Below, one piece after another: positions 27,126 to 35,506 of a stretch of 60,258 nucleotides of DNA (positions are counted from its first letter, which is position 1; every line of letters starts with the position of its first letter). The stretch is from the IMG/VR virus record IMGVR_UViG_3300046002_006203, positions 1 through 60,258 of that record. One strand, 5' to 3'. Position numbers and translations under genes: made by a program. A model generated the notes under the pieces. That model saw nothing but the letters and a program-made list of their open reading frames with translations, did no database searches and was not told the origin of the DNA. The DNA is from a virus. Taxonomy: Duplodnaviria > Caudoviricetes.

Positions 27126-27272
27126 ATGGCACAGGATGAAGCAGTCACAATGGAACGGTTGGTGCGCGCTCGGCGCATCATCCGCCGCCTGATGAAATCC
27201 CGCCCCAGCGCCAAGCCCATACTTGACCGGCTGAACATGGAAATCCGCGCACTCCGCAAGGTGGCAAAATGA
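27126..27272 (+). CDS. 48-aa basic protein, paralogue of 13074..13253 (not in the ORF track)
   Basis: RLVRARRIIRRLMKSRPSAKPILDRLNMEI vs RLRRSLSVVLELYAKRPAVKPIIERLVDEI. Confidence 0.6.
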   Translation: MAQDEAVTMERLVRARRIIRRLMKSRPSAKPILDRLNMEIRALRKVAK

Positions 27273-27308
27273 CCGGACTCATTCGCGCCTGCCTTCTCGC
27301 CCCCGCTG

Positions 27309-27343
27309 TCGTCCTGACCCTTTGGACGATGTTTTCTTTCTTC
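27309..27343 (+). terminator. Possible intrinsic terminator
   Basis: TCGTCC/GGACGA stem followed by TGTTTTCTTTCTT. Confidence 0.4.
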
Positions 27344-27363
27344 CTGTTGCTGGAGCCGACCCT

Positions 27364-27591
27364 ATGAAGCGCATCCCCATCACCGACGCCAATTTCACGG
27401 AGCGCGCAGGCCGGTATCTGGCGCTGATCGAGTGGGCGCGCAGCCGGTATTCCGAAAAGGGCATCCTGCGCGTGATCCACCTCGGCCAGCCCACCATCTA
27501 CGCCCGCATCGAGGACATGGCCGCCGCCCGCTACATCGGCACCTCGGAGCATTACCCCACCGTCACCCTCAAAGCCGCCCGCGCCGCCTGA
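27364..27591 (+). CDS. Hypothetical protein
   Basis: GGAG RBS; strong GC3 bias. Confidence 0.65.
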   Translation: MKRIPITDANFTERAGRYLALIEWARSRYSEKGILRVIHLGQPTIYARIEDMAAARYIGTSEHYPTVTLKAARAA

Positions 27592-27603
27592 AAGGACAAT
27601 CCC

Positions 27604-27966
27604 ATGTATGCACTCGATTTCGCCAATGAAGCAGAAGCCAACTGCGACGCCTTTGAGGCTATCGCATCCGGCACGGTTCACCACGCTGACGACGACGCCT
27701 GCGACCCCACCACCGTTACCAAGGTGGTCAAGATCACCGACCGCATGTTCCGCTGGGGCATGGCCGAAAACCTCGCCAACAGCGACGCCCCGAAAGGCCC
27801 GCGCCGCATCGAGGACTATGTGGCCGAATATCTGGCCGATCTGCACGCCCAGCCTTCCTGCGGCTGCGAATACGACTGCTGCGGCCATCGCAGCGGCCAC
27901 GCCGACGCCTACCACATCGCGGGCGCGCTCTACTGCGTCCAGATCCACACCTCCCGCAACTATTGA
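27604..27966 (+). CDS. Cys/His-rich hypothetical protein
   Basis: AAAGGA RBS; CGCEYDCCGH motif. Confidence 0.7.
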   Translation: MYALDFANEAEANCDAFEAIASGTVHHADDDACDPTTVTKVVKITDRMFRWGMAENLANSDAPKGPRRIEDYVAEYLADLHAQPSCGCEYDCCGHRSGHADAYHIAGALYCVQIHTSRNY

Positions 27967-27976
27967 GGCTTGCCCC

Positions 27977-28432
27977 ATGAAAACGATTAACAGCCCCGCC
28001 GCCCCGAAATCCGCAGAACACGACCACCCGTTCCGCATCGGCATCCATTGCAAGGAGTGCCGCAGCACCCAGATTTGCCGCGATGCTGTCGCCCGCTGGA
28101 GCGAGCCGGAACAGGTCTGGGAACTGTCCAGCACCCAAGACAACGTGACCTGCGACGATTGCGGCTGCGAAACCACCGTCAACCGTCTGCGCGACATGGA
28201 GGGCATGGATGCAGGGCCGGTCACGCCGCAAGACTGCTACGAGGGCGAGACGTTTGAAGCCGTGCAAGTGATCGAGCCGCTGCACGCCCTTGCCCGCGCC
28301 TTCATGGCGGCCAAGCCGCAGTTCGCTCCCGCATCGCTGGATGAATGGCTGGCCGACCACGATCAAGAGTTGTCGCAGCTTGAGCGCCGCACCGGCTACG
28401 CCATCCTGAATCAGATCAACGCGCTGGAGTAA
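27977..28432 (+). CDS. Zn-ribbon hypothetical protein
   Basis: CKEC.S..I..DA.ARW....Q.WEL...CDDC. Confidence 0.7.
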   Translation: MKTINSPAAPKSAEHDHPFRIGIHCKECRSTQICRDAVARWSEPEQVWELSSTQDNVTCDDCGCETTVNRLRDMEGMDAGPVTPQDCYEGETFEAVQVIEPLHALARAFMAAKPQFAPASLDEWLADHDQELSQLERRTGYAILNQINALE

Positions 28433-28438
28433 CAGAGC

Positions 28439-29065
28439 ATGCCTAATTTCATCCTAGACACCACGCTCGACGCGACAATCTTGGTCGAGGCACCGGACGA
28501 AAACACCGCCCGCCAAATGCTGCATGACGTGATCGGCGCGGAGGTCGCCCAAGCCAACCTCGGCGCATGGCCGAATGGCGACCCGTGCCTTGCCGCTGTG
28601 CAGATCAAGCCCTACGCGCGGGTGACGCTGCTAGATGCCGAGGTGGCCGCCCCTGACCTGATCGAACCCAAACAATCACGCCGCAAACCGCCCAAAGGCC
28701 ACCGCTTCACCAACGGCTGGGATGGGGAGCGCACCACCGGCACCGCCATTGGCACGATCTGGTGGGATTATTTGCACGGATCTGGCGATGTGACGCTTTC
28801 GCCCGAGTTCGACGCCATGGACTATGTGAGCAAGATCGACGCATTGCAGGACGCCATCGGGCTGATGAACCGTGAAAAGGCAACGCTGATGGAGGCAGAG
28901 GCAATCAGGTGGGAAGCGGAAAGGCTGAATCGATCCATCGCTGAAATCAACGCGCACGTTCCGCACCGTATCGTCCTGCGTGCCTCTGGCGAAGGACACT
29001 CGACCCCCACCGCGTCAATGCTGACCCGTGCCGCATTTCAGGAAGATGATGGCGAGATAGACTGA
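28439..29065 (+). CDS. Hypothetical protein
   Basis: Last gene before the terminator. Confidence 0.65.
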   Translation: MPNFILDTTLDATILVEAPDENTARQMLHDVIGAEVAQANLGAWPNGDPCLAAVQIKPYARVTLLDAEVAAPDLIEPKQSRRKPPKGHRFTNGWDGERTTGTAIGTIWWDYLHGSGDVTLSPEFDAMDYVSKIDALQDAIGLMNREKATLMEAEAIRWEAERLNRSIAEINAHVPHRIVLRASGEGHSTPTASMLTRAAFQEDDGEID

Positions 29066-29098
29066 AACCCGCCTCACGCAAAAGACCCGAATAATCCG

Positions 29099-29128
29099 GC
29101 CCCCTGACACACAATCAGGGGGCTTTTT
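29099..29128 (+). terminator. Intrinsic terminator
   Basis: GCCCCCTGA/TCAGGGGGC stem followed by TTTTT. Confidence 0.85.
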
Positions 29129-29186
29129 CATGCCGCAAGCCCACCAGTTGATTACTCCGCCGTTTTGCATCACATTACGCAGCACA

Positions 29187-29210
29187 ACGGACGGAGCAAC
29201 AGGACGTGGC
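29187..29210 (+). promoter_or_regulatory. terS leader with three GGA motifs; last in a hairpin containing the GTG start
   Basis: ACGGACGGAGCAAC-AGGAC-GTGGC. Confidence 0.5.
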
Positions 29211-30000
29211 CCAGAAGCCGGAACTCAGTGACAGACAGGAGCGATTTGTTCGGGAATATCTCATTTCCGGCAATGCCTCTGACGCTTATCGCAGGGCCGG
29301 ATACTCGGCGCGCGATGCAGACTCGGCAGGCCCAAGGCTGTTGGGAAATGTCCGTATCAAGGCCGCCATCGCCAAATTGACCAAAAAACGGCTGGAAAAG
29401 CTGGATATTACAGCCGATTCCGTGCTGGCCCGATACCGCGACATTGCCGATGCCGACACCACCAAACTGACAGGATACCATGTCGGAGCGTGTCGATACT
29501 GCTGGGGCGAGGGACACGCCTACCACTGGAAAACTGAGCGCGAGTTCAACGAGGCTCTGGCACAAGCCAAGATCAAGCTGCCCAAGGGAGCCACGCCGGA
29601 GCAAGAGGAGGTGTTGCTTCCGAAGATCGACGGAGGCTTTGGCTATCGCATCACGGCAAACCCATGCCCATCCTGCCCAGAGTGTGCGGGGCTTGGCGTC
29701 ACCTATACCAGATTTGCTGACACCTCGACGCTGACCGGCGCGGAGAAGCAGCTATACGAGGCTGTTGAGCAAACCAAGGACGGCATCAAGTTCAAGCTGG
29801 CCGACCGCGACAAGGCCCGCGACATGATCGCCCGCCATGTGGGCCTGGCAACCGAGAAGGTCGAGCATGGCGTGAACGACGCGCTGGCTCAACTTCTGGC
29901 TGGCGCGCAAGGAACCGCCCTGCCCATCGCCCCATCGCCCTATTCAGCATCACCAGATGCCGACGATGGTGATCGTGACGACGAGGACGAGCCAGCATGA
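29206..30000 (+). CDS. terS: Terminase small subunit with Zn-finger insert
   Basis: LSDRQERFVREYL..GNA..AY.RAGYS; CRYC..CPEC; upstream of terL. Confidence 0.9.
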   Translation: MAQKPELSDRQERFVREYLISGNASDAYRRAGYSARDADSAGPRLLGNVRIKAAIAKLTKKRLEKLDITADSVLARYRDIADADTTKLTGYHVGACRYCWGEGHAYHWKTEREFNEALAQAKIKLPKGATPEQEEVLLPKIDGGFGYRITANPCPSCPECAGLGVTYTRFADTSTLTGAEKQLYEAVEQTKDGIKFKLADRDKARDMIARHVGLATEKVEHGVNDALAQLLAGAQGTALPIAPSPYSASPDADDGDRDDEDEPA

Positions 30001-31637
30001 GTGCCATGGGCCGTGTCTCTGTCGATCCTGATTTCAAGCCTCAGACCGAGGCCGACTGGGCGATGTGCCTGCAAGATCCGATGTGGCGCATCTGTTCCGG
30101 CCAACTCTACAAGATTATGATTAAGGGCGACGCGGACACCGTGGGGCATGTGCAGCCCTTCCGGCCCAACATCAACCAGCGTGCGTTCCTGTCGGCCCTG
30201 CATTACCTCAATGTGATCCTCAAGGCTCGACAGCTTGGGTTCACCACCCTTATCTCGATCATCTGGCTCGACCACGCGCTGTTCAACGCCGATCAGCGAT
30301 GCGGGTTGATCGCACATACGCTGGAAGATGCGGCCTCGATCTTCCGTGACAAGGTGAAGTTCGCCTACGAGAACCTGCCAGCCCCGATCCGCTCCAAGTT
30401 CCCGTTGAAGCGCGATAGCGGAAAGGAATTGTTGTTTGCTCATAACAACAGCGCCATCCGCGTTGCTACCTCTATGCGCTCCGGCACCATCCACCGGCTG
30501 CACATTTCGGAAATGGGCAAGATTGCCGCTGCGCGCCCAGACCGCGCCAAGGAAATCACCACGGGTTCGCTGCCCACCGTTCCGGCCAACGGCATCGTCA
30601 TTATCGAGTCCACCGCCGAGGGCATGGCGGGCGAGTTCTACGACATTGCCACGCGGGCCGAGAAGCGCGCCATCCAAGAGCGCGCGCTCAAAGATCCGAT
30701 TTTGCCCACCGATTACCGATTCCACTTCTTCGCATGGTGGCAGCAACCCGAATACCGGCTGCCGCTCGATCAGGCGAAGCGCGTGCGGATCAGCGCCAAG
30801 GAACACGAATACTTCGATACCGTCGAAGGCCTCATGGATTGCGAAATCCACATCACCCAGCGCGCTTGGTATATCGCCAAGCGGGACAACAGCTTTGCCA
30901 CCACGCCCGAAGATATGTGGCGCGAGTTTCCGTCCACCCCCAAGGAATGCTGGCAGGCATCCACGGACGGCAAATACTACGCCACCGCCCTTGCCATCGC
31001 CCGCCGTGAAGGACGTATCGGCAAGGTTCCCCTGCTGCGCCATGTGCCGGTCAACAGTTTCTGGGATCTGGGCGCATCGGACGACACCTCGATCTGGCTG
31101 CATCAGCGGGTTGGCCGTGTGGATCACTGGGTCCGGTTCTACGAGGCCGCAGGCGCTGGCTATCTGCATTTCATCCTCTGGTTGGAGTCGCAGGGCTGCA
31201 TCTGGGGAACGCACTACCTGCCCCACGACGCCGATCAGAAGCGCCAGCAGAACCAGAAAGAGCCGTCAGAGTTCGCCATCGCCTCGCCGGTGATGATCCT
31301 GCGGGAAATGCGGCCGAGTTGGGATTTTCAGGTAGTGCCGCGCGTCCAGACCATCCAGCACGGCATTGATTTGGTCAGGCAGGATTTCTCAACCTACTGG
31401 TTTGACGAGGAGGGCTGCAAAGAGGGCTTGGCCCACATCGAAGCCTATAGCCGCGAGTGGAACACCCGCCTGCAATGCTGGCACGACCACCCGCGCCACG
31501 ACGAACACAGCCACGCCGCCGATGCGCTGCGCCAGAAGGCGCAGGGCTATTCGGCTGGCACACCCCTCACAGCCTCTAACCGCACCGCAAACACTGGCCG
31601 CGCTCCCCGCCGCCGCGCATCGGGAATGACCGCATGA
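29997..31637 (+). CDS. terL: Terminase large subunit
   Basis: ILKARQLGFTT, LHISE, IESTAEG, WDLG..D.T, HYLPHD, SHAADA. Confidence 0.95.
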   Translation: MSAMGRVSVDPDFKPQTEADWAMCLQDPMWRICSGQLYKIMIKGDADTVGHVQPFRPNINQRAFLSALHYLNVILKARQLGFTTLISIIWLDHALFNADQRCGLIAHTLEDAASIFRDKVKFAYENLPAPIRSKFPLKRDSGKELLFAHNNSAIRVATSMRSGTIHRLHISEMGKIAAARPDRAKEITTGSLPTVPANGIVIIESTAEGMAGEFYDIATRAEKRAIQERALKDPILPTDYRFHFFAWWQQPEYRLPLDQAKRVRISAKEHEYFDTVEGLMDCEIHITQRAWYIAKRDNSFATTPEDMWREFPSTPKECWQASTDGKYYATALAIARREGRIGKVPLLRHVPVNSFWDLGASDDTSIWLHQRVGRVDHWVRFYEAAGAGYLHFILWLESQGCIWGTHYLPHDADQKRQQNQKEPSEFAIASPVMILREMRPSWDFQVVPRVQTIQHGIDLVRQDFSTYWFDEEGCKEGLAHIEAYSREWNTRLQCWHDHPRHDEHSHAADALRQKAQGYSAGTPLTASNRTANTGRAPRRRASGMTA

Positions 31638-32116
31638 CGAAACGCCGCCGCCTCCGCCCCATCGAGCGCCCCACACTCGACCTGAACAAGCGCGCATGGG
31701 AGGCCAACATCAACGGCCACATCGTCGTCGGAACTTGGGTCAGGACCGAGGGCCGCAACTGGCAGCCCTGCATGGTGCTGCTGCATGGATCGCGTCCCAT
31801 CCGTCGTGGCAAGACCGTCCCTTGCGTCATTCCCCTCAATGAGTCGTGGCGGTGGGCGATGCACGGCGAGGTGGGCGACCCAGCGCATGTCGTTGCCCGC
31901 GTCATGGAGTGGCTGGCCTGCGGATACCTTGCGGGCGACCCCACCAGCAAGCGCGACTATCTCGCTGTCGTCGATGCGGTCAACAAGCGTCTGCCAGACC
32001 TGATCGCAATGCCCCCGCGCCCGAAAGGCGACCTCGACGTGATCGGGGAAGTCACGGGCATCAACAAAGTCACCGGCGAAATCATGTTCCAGACCGAGGT
32101 GACAAACGATGTTTGA
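31634..32116 (+). CDS. Hypothetical protein between terL and portal
   Basis: Coupled overlaps; 160 aa. Confidence 0.75.
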   Translation: MTKRRRLRPIERPTLDLNKRAWEANINGHIVVGTWVRTEGRNWQPCMVLLHGSRPIRRGKTVPCVIPLNESWRWAMHGEVGDPAHVVARVMEWLACGYLAGDPTSKRDYLAVVDAVNKRLPDLIAMPPRPKGDLDVIGEVTGINKVTGEIMFQTEVTNDV

Positions 32117-34331
32117 GTCCGACGACAAAACCCAACGCTACGAAGTCTCCGGTTCCGTGTCCTATGACCGCCGCCGCCAAGGTTCTCCGGGCGATGATTT
32201 CATGGAGCGGCTGGAGCGCGCGCGCACGCCTGCCCTGAAAACCAGCCTGCTGGACAGCAACCTTGCCAACTATCTGCACGCCAAACTGCTGGGCAGCTAC
32301 ACCCGCGAGCTGGACCGGCAGGCAGAAAACCGCCTCGATATGGCGATGGACGAGGATTTCTACGACCACATCCAGTTCACCGAAGAGGAAATTGCCATTC
32401 TGGCGGCACGGGGCCAAGCGCCAATCGTGTTCAACATGATCCAGACCACCGTGAACTGGGTTCTGGGGTCGCAGCGCCGCGCCCCGATGGATTACCGCAT
32501 CCTGCCGCGCAAAAAGGCCGGTCTGGAAAGCGCCGAGCGCAAGACCCAGCTTCTCAAGCATGTATCGGACACCAACCGTTCCGAATACGAGTGGTCAACC
32601 GCATTCGCCAAGGCGGTAAAGACCGGCCTTGGCTGGGTGGAAACCGGACAGGGCCGCCCCGAAGACGGGAATATCGTCTATGTGCGCGAGGAAGACTGGC
32701 GCTCGATGCTCTGGGATTCGACTGCGCGCCGGTATGACCTGCAAGATGCCCGCTACGAGTTCAGGACAAAGTGGCTGGACGTGGATATCGCGGCAAACCT
32801 GTGGCCGCACCGGCAGGGCATCATCGCCGCCGCCGCACAGAACGCCACCTCTGGCCTCTACGATCTGGACAACATGGGCGACGAGCCGATGGACAGCCAA
32901 GAGGTCGCCCATTTTCAGGACGTAGGGCCATCCAGTCGCGGCAATCAGAATTTCGCCACCGAGCGGGAGCGCGTGCGCGTGGTTGAAGGGTGGTTCAAGC
33001 GCCCGATTCCCAATGCCCAGATCATCCGTGGCGGCCAGTTCAATGGCGAGTTGTTCGACGAATGGAGCCAAGGCCACATCAACGACCTGTATTCCGGCGT
33101 CTCGACCCTTGTGACCCGCCCGCGCGAGGTGATCCACGTCGCCCTGTTCACCGATGCAGGCCTTCTGGATCTGCGCCGCAGCCCCTATCGCCACAACCGT
33201 TTCCCGTTCACCCCGCTCTGGGGCTATCGCCGCGCCCGCGATGGGATGCCCTACGGCATGATCCGTGGCCTGCGCGATATCCAGCGCGACCTGAACAAGC
33301 GTGCCTCCAAGGCTCTGCACCACCTCTCGACCACGCGCGTTTTGGTTGAGGATAGTGCCGTTGACGATATCGAAGTCCTGCGCGACGAGGCGGCCCGTCC
33401 TGATGCCGTGATCGTCTACAAGGCTGGCCGTGCAGCGCCGCAAGTCCACTCCGACACCGGCCTTGCCGCAGCCCACGTCGATCTGATGAACCGCGACGCC
33501 CAGATGATCCAGCAAGTCGGCGGCGTCACCGATGAAAACATGGGCCGCAAGACCAACGCGACCTCTGGCAAGGCCATCATCGCGCGCCAAGACCAAGGCC
33601 AACTCGCCACCTCGATGTTCTTCGACAACCTGCGCCAGTCGCGCCTGATCCATGGCGAGAAAGAACTGGTGATGGTCGAGCAATTCTACACCGACGAGGA
33701 CGTGTTCCGCGTCACAGATGCGCGCGGCAATCCCGACTATGTGGCGATCAATGACGGCGACCCGCGCAATGCCATTTCGGACCACAAGGCCGACTTTATC
33801 ATCAGCGAAGAGGATTGGCGCGCAACCGCCCGTCAGGCACAGGCTGAACAGTTGCTTGATCTGGCTGGCAAGCTGGCCGCGACTGCCCCGCAACTGGTGC
33901 TGAACATCCTCGATCTGGTGGTCGAAGCCCTCGACGTTCCCAAGCGCGACGAGTTGGTGAAGCGCATCAGGCAACTGACCGGCCAAGCCGACCCCGACGC
34001 AGATCCGAACAACCCGGACCCAGAAACGCTGGCGATGCAGGAGCAGAAGGCCAAGGAGTCCGCTCTGGCCGAGCGTCAAGCCATGGCCGCCATCGAAGAG
34101 GCCGAGGGCAAAGCCCGCAAGATCAACGCCGAGGCCATGAAAGCCACGGCATCCATCCCAGCAGATGCCATCGCCACGATGAAGGCGGCATTTGAGGCAG
34201 CACTTGCCATCGCTGGCGCCCCAGCCGTGTCCGCTGCCGCAGACCAGATCCTGTCCGACGCAATGGCGGCGGCTGGGATGCTGGGCCAGCAGCCCGCTGC
34301 CGCGCAACCCCAACCCCAACCTGCCATGTGA
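32109..34331 (+). CDS. Portal protein (P22/N4-like podoviral)
   Basis: DFYD..Q...RGQAPIVFN.I; PYGMIR..RD.Q..LNKR.SK; SGKAI.ARQ.QG; position. Confidence 0.9.
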   Translation: MFESDDKTQRYEVSGSVSYDRRRQGSPGDDFMERLERARTPALKTSLLDSNLANYLHAKLLGSYTRELDRQAENRLDMAMDEDFYDHIQFTEEEIAILAARGQAPIVFNMIQTTVNWVLGSQRRAPMDYRILPRKKAGLESAERKTQLLKHVSDTNRSEYEWSTAFAKAVKTGLGWVETGQGRPEDGNIVYVREEDWRSMLWDSTARRYDLQDARYEFRTKWLDVDIAANLWPHRQGIIAAAAQNATSGLYDLDNMGDEPMDSQEVAHFQDVGPSSRGNQNFATERERVRVVEGWFKRPIPNAQIIRGGQFNGELFDEWSQGHINDLYSGVSTLVTRPREVIHVALFTDAGLLDLRRSPYRHNRFPFTPLWGYRRARDGMPYGMIRGLRDIQRDLNKRASKALHHLSTTRVLVEDSAVDDIEVLRDEAARPDAVIVYKAGRAAPQVHSDTGLAAAHVDLMNRDAQMIQQVGGVTDENMGRKTNATSGKAIIARQDQGQLATSMFFDNLRQSRLIHGEKELVMVEQFYTDEDVFRVTDARGNPDYVAINDGDPRNAISDHKADFIISEEDWRATARQAQAEQLLDLAGKLAATAPQLVLNILDLVVEALDVPKRDELVKRIRQLTGQADPDADPNNPDPETLAMQEQKAKESALAERQAMAAIEEAEGKARKINAEAMKATASIPADAIATMKAAFEAALAIAGAPAVSAAADQILSDAMAAAGMLGQQPAAAQPQPQPAM

Positions 34332-34341
34332 GGATTGATCC

Positions 34342-35217
34342 ATGTCTGTGAAGCTGAACCTGACCGATACCGACCACATTCCCGAAGATTTCACGCTGGA
34401 AAGCCTGTCATCGTCTCTGACGGAGGGGGAAATCGCCGCTCTGAATGATGGCGAAGACCCAATCCTGACGCCGGAGGTCGATCCGGCAGAGGCCGAAGCC
34501 GCTGCGCTGGCCGACCAGCAGCAGGCCGACGCAGCAGCGCGCGCCGCGCAACAGCAGCAGGCTCCCGCGCCGCAGCAAATGCCGGATACTACCGCCGCCG
34601 AGGCCATCATTGCCAAGACGACTGCGGATATCGACGCGCTGGAGGACCGCTTTGACGCGGGCGAACTGTCTCTGCCCGAAAAGAAGGAGGCCATGCGTGC
34701 ATTGATCGCGCAGCAGGCACAAGCACAGGCGCAGCTTGAACGCGCGTCGGAAATTGCACAGCAAAATGTGCAGAGCGCCCGCGCCCAATTCTACAGCGCG
34801 CTGGACCAGTTCAAGGCCAAAGCCCCGTTCCTGTGGTCGGATGAACACCTTGGCGGCTGGGATGCGGCCCTGAAAACCGTCACCGGATCGCCCGCCTATG
34901 TCCAACTGTCGATGGAGCAGAAGATCAATCTCGCCCACGATATGTATGCGGCCAATTACAAGGCCATGTCGGGCGGCAAGGCTATTCCGGCCATCGCTGG
35001 CGGCAAGGCTCAGGACGGCTCCGCGCCCAAGGAAAAGCGCACGGACGAGCGCGATCCGGTGCAAACGCTGGGCGATTTCAACACCGACTCCAATGCCAGC
35101 ATCGAGGACGGCACCTTTGCCGTGATCGACCGCAAGATGGGTGAAGACCCCATCGCTGCCGAGAAAATGTTCAACCGCCTGACTCCTGACCAGCAGCAAG
35201 CCTACCTGAACGCCTGA
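34342..35217 (+). CDS. Scaffolding protein
   Basis: Acidic, helical; C-terminal LTPDQQQAYL; between portal and capsid. Confidence 0.7.
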   Translation: MSVKLNLTDTDHIPEDFTLESLSSSLTEGEIAALNDGEDPILTPEVDPAEAEAAALADQQQADAAARAAQQQQAPAPQQMPDTTAAEAIIAKTTADIDALEDRFDAGELSLPEKKEAMRALIAQQAQAQAQLERASEIAQQNVQSARAQFYSALDQFKAKAPFLWSDEHLGGWDAALKTVTGSPAYVQLSMEQKINLAHDMYAANYKAMSGGKAIPAIAGGKAQDGSAPKEKRTDERDPVQTLGDFNTDSNASIEDGTFAVIDRKMGEDPIAAEKMFNRLTPDQQQAYLNA

Positions 35218-35246
35218 TTGGCACGCGTATAGAAGAGGATACGGAT

Positions 35247-35420
35247 GTGCTGATGAAACGAGTCCACCTGTCAGAAGGCCCGCAGCGCATCCGCATCGGA
35301 GAGGCGATCATTCACATTCAGAAGATTGGCGAAAACCGCGTCACATTTATGATCGACGCTCCGAAAAATGTGCAGGTTGAAGCCCTAGATCGGCCAATCA
35401 CCAAGCCCATTGAAGAATGA
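35247..35420 (+). CDS. csrA: CsrA/RsmA-like RNA-binding protein, 57 aa (not in the ORF track)
   Basis: AGAGGA RBS, GTG start; MLMKRVHLSEGPQRIRIGEAIIHIQKIGENRVTFMIDAPKNVQV aligns by eye with the CsrA pattern ML...GE.I.IG..I...V.....VRIGI.AP..V.V. Confidence 0.7.
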   Translation: MLMKRVHLSEGPQRIRIGEAIIHIQKIGENRVTFMIDAPKNVQVEALDRPITKPIEE

Positions 35421-35506
35421 CCCCTATATATGGTATGGGGGGATACCACCACGCATAGGAAGTGCTTGGGTCAACCGTTTTTTGACCGAAGGAGCATGAC
35501 TTATGC
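35410..35506 (+). promoter_or_regulatory. Capsid-operon promoter and leader switch
   Basis: TTGAAG-N18-TATGGG; GCAT-AGGAA-GTGC (35453-65); alternative long stem covers the SD and ATG. Confidence 0.7.

Noticed and set aside
32595-34694. Long antisense ORFs (also 29940-31226, 35398-36663, 54322-55812, 56782-58557)
   Set aside because: Shadows of GC-rich coding strands with clear phage genes opposite; no motifs.
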